Under the pieces are notes generated by a model that ran no database searches, was not told where the DNA came from, and saw only the letters and a program-made list of their open reading frames with translations. Source: an uncultured Bacillales bacterium (GTDB lineage: Bacteria > Bacillota_I > Bacilli_A > RFN20 > CAG-826). From it: a DNA stretch of 64,000 bases. Each line of letters begins with the position of its first letter. Positions within the stretch are counted from its first letter, which is position 1. Positions 8,629 through 16,659 of this stretch are shown piece by piece. The position numbers were made by a program, and so were the translations under genes. Location of the stretch: the NCBI GenBank assembly GCA_946414655.1, contig CAMKPL010000003.1:12770-76769 (forward strand). Direction: 5' to 3'.

Positions 8629-9531
8629 TTATATCAAACCTGCTAACAGGTTGAGAATCATTCCGGCAAAAACAAGACTAACGGCGATGGATAATTGAAC
8701 TTTATTTTTCGCTTTAAAGAAGAAGACTGTCGCAAAGGAAACGATAATAAAGTCTAATCCAATAATGATGTTAACAATCGCTGGAATGGAGTTTGGTTCG
8801 TTTAACGCAGTATAACGAAAAATCGTTAATAGAGCATTACAAACTGCTCCAAGGAAAATGTAGATGAGCTCGCGCCAATGAATATGGATAATCTCTTTAA
8901 TATTTTTGGTTACTAATGAAGCAATGAGCATTAAACCAAAGCAAACCATCATTTGATGAAATGAAATAACATCTGTTGGAAGATGAGATAGTTTAAGTTT
9001 AACGATTAAAACAAGAGTAGCGTAGAAAGCGCAGGAAAAACAAGCATAAACTAACCACATTGCTTTCGTGTTTGGGTTGAGTTTTTTGTTTCTAACAATA
9101 TAAATAATCCCAATTAAAACACTAACTAAACCAGTCACATAAAGTACGATGTTGAGTGGTTTACCACCATTAGTGACCGCACTAAAGGTAAAGATTAAGA
9201 ATAATAAATTAGATAAGAATAAAAAATCTGCGGCATTAAAGTTAGTGAATGTTTCAAGGTGGGTTCTTTTAATCGCTAAGAAATATAAGAACCAATTCGC
9301 TGCCGTAAAAACACCAACTACAGCAATCCAAATCCAATCTTCAACACTTAAGTCATATAAAACTGGAAGATTCCCGTGAATGACACAAATAAGGAAACAG
9401 GTAATCACAATAAAGAAGGATTTGACTGTTGCATTTGTTAAGGCACTAGCTCGATTTGCACCAAGACGATTAAAAATCGTGTTTCCGGCGGAAGCAAACA
9501 AGGCTAGAAAGGCAAATAAGATATATTCCAT
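8629..9531 (-). CDS. Polytopic membrane protein, possibly an EamA/DMT-type transporter
   Basis: It has about 10 TM segments. The start is set at MEYILF (9531) because the longer ORF-track start (9633) overlaps tRNA-Ser. Confidence 0.45.
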   Translation of the reverse strand: MEYILFAFLALFASAGNTIFNRLGANRASALTNATVKSFFIVITCFLICVIHGNLPVLYDLSVEDWIWIAVVGVFTAANWFLYFLAIKRTHLETFTNFNAADFLFLSNLLFLIFTFSAVTNGGKPLNIVLYVTGLVSVLIGIIYIVRNKKLNPNTKAMWLVYACFSCAFYATLVLIVKLKLSHLPTDVISFHQMMVCFGLMLIASLVTKNIKEIIHIHWRELIYIFLGAVCNALLTIFRYTALNEPNSIPAIVNIIIGLDFIIVSFATVFFFKAKNKVQLSIAVSLVFAGMILNLLAGLI

Positions 9532-9578
9532 GGATTTAATTAAAGAAAACCCCGGGAATCCAGGGTTTAACGTTCGGG

Positions 9579-9666
9579 CGGAGATTGAGGGATTCGAACT
9601 CTCGCGGGACTTGCATCCCCTATCGGTTTTCAAGACCGACCCCTTCAGCCACTTGGGTAAATCTCC
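9579..9666 (-). tRNA. tRNA-Ser (UGA anticodon, class II with a long variable arm)
   Basis: The reverse complement is GGAGATTTACCCAAGTGGCTGAAGGG...TCGGTCTTGAAAACCGA...GTTCGAATCCCTCAATCTCC, close to B. subtilis tRNA-Ser(UGA). The T-stem has an A.C mismatch and the 3' flank reads GCCC, so CCA is not encoded. Confidence 0.7.
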
Positions 9667-9669
9667 ACT

Positions 9670-9860
9670 GGGTGGACCCAGTAGATCCTGACACTACAAC
9701 CAGTCGGTTATGAGCCGAATGCTCTTCCTTTGAGCTATGGGTCCAGCTTGTGTCGGTAAGTAATATAGCACAAATTTGTATTTGTTTATACAATTTTTGC
9801 TTTCCTTACCTCGTTTTCTGTCAGGATCTCTGGGTCCGTGGAAGGGGGTCGATCCAAAAA
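9670..9860. ncRNA. Unassigned structured small RNA of about 170-190 nt (6S-like or SRP-like architecture), strand undetermined
   Basis: A closing helix of about 19 bp forms between 9674-9694 and 9820-9837 (GGACCCAGUAGAUCCUGAC / GUCAGGAUCUCUGGGUCC). It encloses several internal hairpins. No ORF is present, and the region lies between two tRNA genes. Confidence 0.4.
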
Positions 9861-9905
9861 TATCAGTGAAAAAAAACACTGAAATATCCTTTATAATAAA
9901 AATGT

Positions 9906-9982
<77 letters not shown>

Positions 9983-9985
9983 TTT

Positions 9986-10750
9986 TTATTTCTTATTCAC
10001 AAAAGTAAAACGATGGCCTAAATAATCAATGTCTTCTGCTAAATTTGGCCAGTAGAACACACAAAGATTTCTTCTATATTCAGAAACGATTTCTTTATCG
10101 ACATATCGAGCACGAGGCTTTAGAAAAAATGGTCCGATATGTAAACAATTGAAATAACCCCATGCTTTTTTATGAATATAGGTTGATATTTGGTGATAAC
10201 AAACAAGATTTCCATAATCAGGGGTCCCAAAATAAAAATAGTCGACACTATTAGCTAAAGGATCTAAGCCTTGGATCATTGTTCGATGAAAAACATCCAT
10301 TATTAAGTCATAAGACGAGTTTAATTCATCGTTTGCGCGCTTGATGCGGTCTGCGTACATAAATGTTAGTTCCATTGTGTTAAAACGCTTTGTGCCTGTT
10401 CCATCAAGCGTCCCATCACCATAATGGTGAAGAAGTATTGTATCGAGAGTTTCCTGTGATACACCTTTGATTTTTAGAAAATTAATAACACTATGAATCT
10501 CCTCGCTATGAACTTCGGTCGTATGTCCCATTTTTACAGAGATAAAACGTTTTTTACCTTTATATTGAACATAGATATCTGGTTTAAAGACATCATCTAA
10601 GTGTTTTGCTTCAATTACATCATTTCCACTTGCATCTGGAAAAATCATTCGAAGCATTGTTTGTAAGTTTAAATTGATCTGAGATAATTTTCTTCCATCA
10701 ATTAAACTAGCGATTTGGATTTCATTTAAAATACCATTATTTGAACTCAT
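9986..10750 (-). CDS. Hypothetical protein, about 254 aa
   Basis: The start is set at MSSNNGIL, preceded by AAAGGAGGT with a 7-nt spacer. I recognise no family. The D..E.K-like spacing might indicate a nuclease fold, but this is speculative. Confidence 0.5.
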   Translation of the reverse strand: MSSNNGILNEIQIASLIDGRKLSQINLNLQTMLRMIFPDASGNDVIEAKHLDDVFKPDIYVQYKGKKRFISVKMGHTTEVHSEEIHSVINFLKIKGVSQETLDTILLHHYGDGTLDGTGTKRFNTMELTFMYADRIKRANDELNSSYDLIMDVFHRTMIQGLDPLANSVDYFYFGTPDYGNLVCYHQISTYIHKKAWGYFNCLHIGPFFLKPRARYVDKEIVSEYRRNLCVFYWPNLAEDIDYLGHRFTFVNKK

Positions 10751-10944
10751 GTGAGTACCTCCTTTGTGATAAATTAAGCGACACAACAGTTTTTTGTCGC
10801 TCTACTATCTTTATTCGTAAAAAATGAGTAAAAATGTTCAAACAATTTTTATAAAAATATTTAAATATTTTTAATTTTTTTGAGGTGGGAATCTTTTTTC
10901 ACCAAAATTGGCCGATTGGAAGTTCATTTAAGCGATTTTTTCGC

Positions 10945-10976
10945 ATAAAAAAATCTCTCTTTGGTTTGAGAGATAG
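10945..10976 (-). terminator. Rho-independent terminator after the tRNA-Ala/tRNA-Met operon
   Basis: On the minus strand: atctctc-aaaccaa-gagagat followed by TTTTTTTT. Confidence 0.6.
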
Positions 10977-10984
10977 ATGTATTT

Positions 10985-11061
10985 TGGTAGCTGAGGAGGG
11001 ACTTGAACCCCCGACCTTGAAGGTATGAACTTCCTGCTCTAGCCAGCTGAGCTACTCAGCC
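10985..11061 (-). tRNA. tRNA-Met (CAU), elongator type
   Basis: The reverse complement GGCTGAGTAGCTCAGCTGGCTAGAGC...TTCATAC...GGTCGGGGGTTCAAGTCCCTCCTCAGCTACCA closely matches B. subtilis elongator tRNA-Met, including the G1.U72 pair. Confidence 0.8.
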
Positions 11062-11067
11062 AAATTT

Positions 11068-11143
11068 TGGTGGATCTGAAGAGGATCGAACTCTCTACCT
11101 CCTGAATGCAAATCAGGCGCTCTCCCAGGTGAGCTACAGACCC
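11068..11143 (-). tRNA. tRNA-Ala (UGC)
   Basis: The reverse complement is GGGTCTGTAGCTCACCTGGGAGAGCGCCTGATTTGCATTCAGG...GTTCGATCCTCTTCAGATCCACCA. It has the G3.U70 identity pair and a UGC anticodon. Confidence 0.85.
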
Positions 11144-11157
11144 AGCGCAAAATAATT

Positions 11158-11190
11158 ATACATAGTTTGTTGTAATAAACAACAGAAATT
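11158..11190 (-). promoter_or_regulatory. Candidate promoter for the tRNA-Ala/tRNA-Met operon (-35 TTGTTT, extended -10 TGTATAAT)
   Basis: The reverse complement reads ctgTTGTTTattacaacaaactaTGTATAATtattttgcgc. The tRNA 5' end lies about 10 nt downstream. Confidence 0.4.
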
Positions 11191-11206
11191 TATTTTGGTC
11201 TTACGC

Positions 11207-11911
11207 TCATTTGTGAGAGCGCATGATTAACTCTGGTTTCGGATTTTTCACCGTTGTATGAGGTGGTACGTCTTCACGGAGGTAGGTGTTCGATCCGATG
11301 ATGACATCGTCTCCAATGTGGATATCTCCAAGAATTGTCGCGTTCGCATAGATAGTGACATCATCACCAATTGTTGGGTGACGTTTCACTCCATGGATGT
11401 CTGGAGCGTGTGTCACGCTAATCGCACCTAAGGTGACTCCTTGATATAAAACAGCACGCTTACCAATGACTGTGGTTTCGCCAATGACAATACCGGTTCC
11501 GTGATCGATAAAGAATGGTACACCAATCTTGGCGGCAGGGTGAATATCAATCCCGGTTTTACTATGCGCTTCCTCAGAAATAATTCGGGCGCATAGTTTG
11601 TAGCCCATTTCATAAAGAAGATGGGCAATGCGATAGTAGACTATCGCTTTAAAACCCGGGTAAGCATAGACAACTTCTTCTTCACTATCTACTGCTGGAT
11701 CACTTTCCATAAAGAAAGATAGGTCTTTAAGAAGATCTTTTTTAATTGATTCGAGACCTTTTAAAAAGTCTTTCGAATCTAGACAACCTAAACATGATAG
11801 ACAACTAGAAATTGAACTTTCGTTTTCACTTGGATGAGAAACAATAAAAAGAGCTTTAATTGATTCATCAACAAGTTTTAAGATTTGTTCGTAATTTCTT
11901 TTTTCTACCAT
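11207..11911 (-). CDS. cysE: Serine O-acetyltransferase
   Basis: The 234-aa product has a left-handed beta-helix hexapeptide repeat region (GVTLGAI...IGDDVTIYANATILGDIHIGDDVIIGSNTYL) and a CysE-like N-terminal helical domain. Confidence 0.85.
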   Translation of the reverse strand: MVEKRNYEQILKLVDESIKALFIVSHPSENESSISSCLSCLGCLDSKDFLKGLESIKKDLLKDLSFFMESDPAVDSEEEVVYAYPGFKAIVYYRIAHLLYEMGYKLCARIISEEAHSKTGIDIHPAAKIGVPFFIDHGTGIVIGETTVIGKRAVLYQGVTLGAISVTHAPDIHGVKRHPTIGDDVTIYANATILGDIHIGDDVIIGSNTYLREDVPPHTTVKNPKPELIMRSHK

Positions 11912-12771
11912 TGATAGCGGTCTCCTTTGTCTGGAAGTATCACCACAATCTTTTTATTAGTAAGATTATGGCTAACGCTATAATTATACGCAGCTTTTAA
12001 AGCAGCGCCAGCACTAACTCCAACAAAGTAACCTTGTTTGTGAAGGATTTTTGCTCCTTCTAATGCTTCTATATAAGAAACTGTAACAACATCCGCTAAA
12101 TAATCTTTGGAGAAAATTGAAGGGATGAAATTTGCACCAATTCCCTCAATTTTGTGGGGATTTGCGGTGCCTTTTGTAATTAGTGGAGATTCAGTTGGTT
12201 CAATACCAATGACTTTCACTGGGTTTCCTTTATCATGGAAATATTTAGAAATTCCAGTAACTGTGCCTCCGGTACCAATTCCAGCGAAAATATAGTCAGG
12301 ATTTGGCAGTGATTTTTCAATTTGTGGAGCAGTAATCACAATATGTGATTCCACATTGAGAGGCTGGTTAAACTGGTTAAATTCGAAAGAATGAGGAATT
12401 TCATTCAGTAATTGCTGGATTTTTTCCTTACAAGCTTTCATCCCACCACCATTAACTTCCACCAATGTGGCCCCATATTTTTTGATGAGATCTTTCCTTC
12501 CTTGTGACGCACTTGCTGGAAGAACGATGATGGCTTGATAACCAAATTCTTTTTGGAAATAGGCTAAACCAATGCCGGTATTTCCGCTTGTTGCTTCAAT
12601 CACAACACTGTCTTTGGTTAACGTACCATCCTTTTTTAAAGAAGAAAGAATGTAATAGACCGGAATATCTTTTACTGATCCGCTAGGATTAACGGATTCA
12701 TCTTTGACGTAAAAGTGGTTTTTACTTCCGTCTACAAAAACTTCTTTAAGGTTTTCGTTTCCTAATTTCAT
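11905..12771 (-). CDS. cysK: Cysteine synthase (O-acetylserine sulfhydrylase), PLP-dependent
   Basis: The 288-aa product has the PLP-lysine motif SVKD. It has the TSGNTGIGLA and GIGTGGT glycine loops. It overlaps cysE by 7 nt. Confidence 0.85.
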   Translation of the reverse strand: MKLGNENLKEVFVDGSKNHFYVKDESVNPSGSVKDIPVYYILSSLKKDGTLTKDSVVIEATSGNTGIGLAYFQKEFGYQAIIVLPASASQGRKDLIKKYGATLVEVNGGGMKACKEKIQQLLNEIPHSFEFNQFNQPLNVESHIVITAPQIEKSLPNPDYIFAGIGTGGTVTGISKYFHDKGNPVKVIGIEPTESPLITKGTANPHKIEGIGANFIPSIFSKDYLADVVTVSYIEALEGAKILHKQGYFVGVSAGAALKAAYNYSVSHNLTNKKIVVILPDKGDRYQW

Positions 12772-12874
12772 GGCGATATTTTTTCACACACTTTCAAATA
12801 GTGCAAATAATACGATAATTTCTTCAATTATATTATTGAGATTTACTCGACTGAGTGATAAGATAATTGCCGCT

Positions 12875-12948
12875 GGTTCCATAGCCAAGTGGTAAGGCAA
12901 TTGACTGCAACTCAATGAGCGTCAGTTCAACTCTGACTGGAACCTCCA
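12875..12948 (+). tRNA. tRNA-Cys (GCA)
   Basis: GGTTCCATAGCCAAGTGGTAAGGCAATTGACTGCAACTCAAT...GTCAGTTCAACTCTGACTGGAACCTCCA, like B. subtilis tRNA-Cys (U73 discriminator). It is divergent from cysK. Confidence 0.85.
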
Positions 12949-12999
12949 AAACTCTGCTTGAATATTCAAAGTCAAAAGATTAAGATATTTAAGCGAAAT

Positions 13000-13076
13000 G
13001 CGCCTGTAGCTCAATTGGATAGAGTACATGACTACGAATCATGAGGTTGCACGTTCGATCCGTGTCAGGCGCGCCA
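13000..13076 (+). tRNA. tRNA-Arg (ACG)
   Basis: GCGCCTGTAGCTCAATTGGATAGAGTACATGACTACGAATCATGA...GTTCGATCCGTGTCAGGCGCGCCA. The anticodon is ACG. Confidence 0.85.
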
Positions 13077-13103
13077 ACCTCTATCCAAAGCGCTAGAGGC
13101 TAT

Positions 13104-13180
13104 CGGGATGTAGCGTAGCTTGGTATCGCGCTTCATTTGGGATGAAGAGGCCGCAGGTTCAAATCCTGTCATCCCGACCA
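13104..13180 (+). tRNA. tRNA-Pro (UGG)
   Basis: CGGGATGTAGCGTAGCTTGGTA...CTTCATTTGGGATGAAG...GCAGGTTCAAATCCTGTCATCCCGACCA. The anticodon is UGG. Confidence 0.85.
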
Positions 13181-13189
13181 AACAAAAGA

Positions 13190-13222
13190 AAGTCCGAACG
13201 AATCGGACTTTTTTGTTATTTA
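13190..13222. terminator. Rho-independent terminator closing the tRNA-Cys/Arg/Pro operon (plus strand); it may also serve potD (minus strand)
   Basis: agtccga-acgaa-tcggact followed by TTTTTTGTT. Confidence 0.65.
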
Positions 13223-13233
13223 ATTAAGAATTA

Positions 13234-15027
13234 CTATTGTTTAGAGATGACTCGACGAGCTTTGGCTTTATTAAATCTCTTCTTATCAATAATGAGATAA
13301 ACAATGAAGCCAACCACTGCTAAGACTTGTACAGCAAGAACAATAATTGCCCATAATGGAAGTGGGTTTGTACGAACTTGTTGCCACATCTCAATGACAG
13401 ATTGATTGTATTTTCCATAGTCATCCATCATGCAAAGCATATGTAATTGACTTTGTTCTGGGAATTGAGCAGTAATCATTCGACCATAAACAGCGTATGG
13501 AATTGTGGTCATTTTGCCGTCAATTTCTTCTTCATAGGTTAACTCTGTTGTTGGAGTCCAGACCTCAAGAATAGCGTCATCAAGGCAATAGGCTTCTGGA
13601 TCAGCTGGAGCTTCATCAATACTTCCTTCAAAGAAGTAACGGATGTCGTATTCACGGTAATCATCAGCTGTGAAGTCTTCGCCAGATTCATTTACATCAT
13701 ACATGTCACGAATGTATTCTAAGATACCTTCTGTGGAAGTTGAGGTTGTGTAACCGACGTAATCCATGTTAGCGATGGCTTGGTCTTCTTGACACATAAA
13801 GTCAATGAAGTCTAAGGCATATTGATGGTTTTTCGAGACTTTTGGAATCGCCCAAGAATCTGTGAAGATATTTGTTCCTTCATCAGGGACCGAGAAATAG
13901 ATTTCCGCATCGTTTTCAGTTTGAGCCTCATAAATCGCCCATGTGGCATCACCACTCCAAGCGAGGTTAGCGCCAATCTTTTCTCCAGAGACCATATCAG
14001 TTTTTCCAGAGTCAACTTCAAAGCCAAACGCGTTGTCTTTGAGTTTGTTCATATCTTCACTGATTTTCTTGAGTGTTTCTTCATCACAACGATTGAAAAT
14101 CACCGTCATTTCTCGGTTAAATCCAATCAAATCCCCATCAATTTCACCAACATGATATTTCTCCTTTAAGGCTTCAATTTCTTCATGATAGACATGAATA
14201 ATGGAGACTGCGTAGACGTCACGAACGGAGTCTTTAATGGAGAATGATCCTTTCGTGGAAGCATCATAAAGAGCTTCCCAAGAGGTGAATTTTTCATGGA
14301 GTTCTTCTAGGGTGAATTGTTGATAACCTTTGAAGGCTGGGTTATACATCACTCCAACTGTTCCCCACATGTATGGGACAGCGTAGTCAGCAAGAACGCC
14401 TTTTTCATAATCGTATGGATCTTCGCCGTCTTTATAATCGGCTTTCTTACAGTAAATCTTGTTATAGATCGATTCTTCTTCGCCCCAAAGGTAATCAGAA
14501 AGATTGTCTCTTAAACTTTGTTTGATATCGGCATCATGCTCGTTATCTTTTTCAAAAAGAGGACGGAGTAAATCATTCGTCATCATCTTTTGAATCATGT
14601 AATCGGAGACATTGACGATGTCATAGTTCGATTTACCAGTCATCATTTCGTTATAACAGGTTTCTGGAGTGTCGAAGGTGTCATAGACATATTCGAACTG
14701 AAGTCCTTCATCTTTATATAGATCGTCCATATAGCGGACGAACTGCTCCATCATGTCGCAGTCATAATAGACTTCGGCATCAGGATGTTCATTACAGGTG
14801 TAGGTAACTTCACCTGTTTCTTCATCAATAGATGAAGTGTATTCATCATTAGAAAGATATTTACCACATTCTTCGCAGTAAACACCTTCTTCGTCTGCTT
14901 CGTAAATATAGTCAGCGGAGTTTAAAACGCGGATGATGATCTTATCTTTGCTAGATGAAGAACATCCGGCACAGGAGATTGCTCCTAAAAGGAGTGCACC
15001 AAAAAGAGCAAATTTATGATTAGACAT
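13234..15027 (-). CDS. potD: Spermidine/putrescine ABC transporter substrate-binding lipoprotein, enlarged form
   Basis: The 597-aa product has a lipoprotein signal (ALLLGAISCAGCSS) and a PBP2 PotD-like core with large insertions. These include a Cys-rich segment (CEECGKY...TCNEHPD...YDCD) and a C-terminal TM helix. It lies in a potA-B-C-D operon. Confidence 0.8.
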   Translation of the reverse strand: MSNHKFALFGALLLGAISCAGCSSSSKDKIIIRVLNSADYIYEADEEGVYCEECGKYLSNDEYTSSIDEETGEVTYTCNEHPDAEVYYDCDMMEQFVRYMDDLYKDEGLQFEYVYDTFDTPETCYNEMMTGKSNYDIVNVSDYMIQKMMTNDLLRPLFEKDNEHDADIKQSLRDNLSDYLWGEEESIYNKIYCKKADYKDGEDPYDYEKGVLADYAVPYMWGTVGVMYNPAFKGYQQFTLEELHEKFTSWEALYDASTKGSFSIKDSVRDVYAVSIIHVYHEEIEALKEKYHVGEIDGDLIGFNREMTVIFNRCDEETLKKISEDMNKLKDNAFGFEVDSGKTDMVSGEKIGANLAWSGDATWAIYEAQTENDAEIYFSVPDEGTNIFTDSWAIPKVSKNHQYALDFIDFMCQEDQAIANMDYVGYTTSTSTEGILEYIRDMYDVNESGEDFTADDYREYDIRYFFEGSIDEAPADPEAYCLDDAILEVWTPTTELTYEEEIDGKMTTIPYAVYGRMITAQFPEQSQLHMLCMMDDYGKYNQSVIEMWQQVRTNPLPLWAIIVLAVQVLAVVGFIVYLIIDKKRFNKAKARRVISKQ

Positions 15028-15874
15028 CTTTTCTCACTCCTTTCTTGTCATTATGGTATCGATATATCGATAGACCAAGAACAGCAGCTAATACAAATAA
15101 GAAGATAAATAAGGTTAAAGGACGTAGTTCAGCTGGAACAGCGTGTTTCTTTAAGCTTGTTTGAATAAAGGTGGATAGTGTTTCAATTGCCGCGTCTCCA
15201 GAAAGAAGACCAGCACCACGAGTAAACTCAGTGACGATATAATCGTCAAGGGAGAGTGTCATGGCTAATAAGAAACCACTAAACATACCAGAAGCGATTT
15301 GTGGAACCACTGCTTTCATTAAAGCTTTGTTTGGTGTGGCGCCTAAGTCTAAGGCTGCTTCATAAATATGTGGATCCATCTGGGTTAGTTTTGGTTTGAC
15401 GTTTAAATAGACAAATGGAATCGATAAAACCACATGACCAATTAAAAGAGTCCAGAAACTAAATAGTTTGGTTTTGAAAATATAGGTTCCAAGGAAGACA
15501 AACATCACTGTTAAGCTAAGCGCAATAACAATTTCAGCGTTCGCGATTGGGATTTGGGTCGCAAATTCCACCGCTTTTTTCTTTCTTTTAGAAAGATAGA
15601 ATGTTCCGATGGCACCTAAGGTGCCTAATACTAAGGAAATAAGTGATGAGATAACCGCGATGATTACGGTGTTTCCCATCGCTGTCCAAATTTGTTTGGC
15701 GACTTTGGTGTTTGAGAACAAATTTTCAAATAAAACAAATGAGAAGTTATAGTTTCCACTAAAGGAGATAACGTCGTTACTTGAAAAAGCAAAGGCAATT
15801 AAAACCAAGATTGGAAGATACATGATAAATAAAATCATGTAAAGATAAGTACGAGCGAGGATCTTCTTTACCAT
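15020..15874 (-). CDS. potC: Spermidine/putrescine ABC transporter permease
   Basis: The 284-aa product is a 6-TM BPD-type permease with an EAA-like loop (EAALDLGATP). Confidence 0.8.
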   Translation of the reverse strand: MVKKILARTYLYMILFIMYLPILVLIAFAFSSNDVISFSGNYNFSFVLFENLFSNTKVAKQIWTAMGNTVIIAVISSLISLVLGTLGAIGTFYLSKRKKKAVEFATQIPIANAEIVIALSLTVMFVFLGTYIFKTKLFSFWTLLIGHVVLSIPFVYLNVKPKLTQMDPHIYEAALDLGATPNKALMKAVVPQIASGMFSGFLLAMTLSLDDYIVTEFTRGAGLLSGDAAIETLSTFIQTSLKKHAVPAELRPLTLFIFLFVLAAVLGLSIYRYHNDKKGVRKDV

Positions 15875-16659
15875 AATCCACCTCTCGTTTCTTCCTTTTC
15901 ACCTTTGGTGGCAAACATGCTGATTGCAACTAAGATGAGTAGGACAAAGGCCATAAATGAGCCGTTATTCCATTGGTTATTCGCAAAGTTCAGGTAAATA
16001 AAGTTACCAACTAAAGCGATATTTCCTTCCGATAATGCATCAGAAATAACATACGATGACATGACTGGGACAAATGTCATTGTCACTGCCGAGATAATTC
16101 CAGGCAAAGATTGTGGAAGAATTGATTTAAAGAAGACTTGTGTTGGGTTTGCGCCTAAATCCGCACAGGCTTCGATTTGGCTCTTGTCGAGTTTTAGCAT
16201 TGTTGTATATAGTGGCAAAATAACGAATGGTAAGTAGTTATAAACCATACCAATTAAAGTAGCGAGATAAGGATAGTTACCACCGTTAATTCCAATCGCA
16301 AAAAGGATGTCACGTGTGGCTGTTGTTCTAAGAACAAAGTTAATCCACATTGGCATAATAAAGAGCATCACAAGAACAGCGTTTTTGTTGTATTTCTTGT
16401 TTGCGAGAAAATAAGCGATTGGAAAACCAATTAATAGACACAGTAATGTCGCTTCTAATGCGATAAAGAGGGAAACAAGAAGGACATCCCAGTTTCCTTT
16501 ATTCGTGAAGAAATTCTTCGCTGCATCAAAAGAAAGCGCACCACTAGCATCAGTAAATGCGTAAAAGATGATTAATCCGATTGGAATAATCACAAATAGC
16601 GACAAGAAGATCGCATAAGGAATCGCGAGGTATTTCCTTTTAAATTTCATAGTCGTCAA
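15868..16659 (-). CDS. potB: Spermidine/putrescine ABC transporter permease
   Basis: The 263-aa product is a BPD permease with an EAA loop (EACADLGANP). Confidence 0.8.
   Translation of the reverse strand: MTTMKFKRKYLAIPYAIFLSLFVIIPIGLIIFYAFTDASGALSFDAAKNFFTNKGNWDVLLVSLFIALEATLLCLLIGFPIAYFLANKKYNKNAVLVMLFIMPMWINFVLRTTATRDILFAIGINGGNYPYLATLIGMVYNYLPFVILPLYTTMLKLDKSQIEACADLGANPTQVFFKSILPQSLPGIISAVTMTFVPVMSSYVISDALSEGNIALVGNFIYLNFANNQWNNGSFMAFVLLILVAISMFATKGEKEETRGGLW

Noticed and set aside
9667-9900. tmRNA, RNase P RNA or canonical SRP RNA identity for the structured RNA.
   Set aside because: There is no tRNA-like CCA-ending 3' domain and no GGAUUCGAC 5' motif for tmRNA. P4/CR-I/CR-V sequences for RNase P are absent. 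No GGAA-tetraloop/AGCAGC domain IV is present in the correct 5'-3' order. The locus is kept only as an unassigned ncRNA.
10780-10806. Hairpin agcgaca-N11-tgtcgct upstream of the 9986-10750 gene, as a possible terminator.
   Set aside because: No T-run follows on either strand. It is more likely a 5'-UTR structure or has no function.
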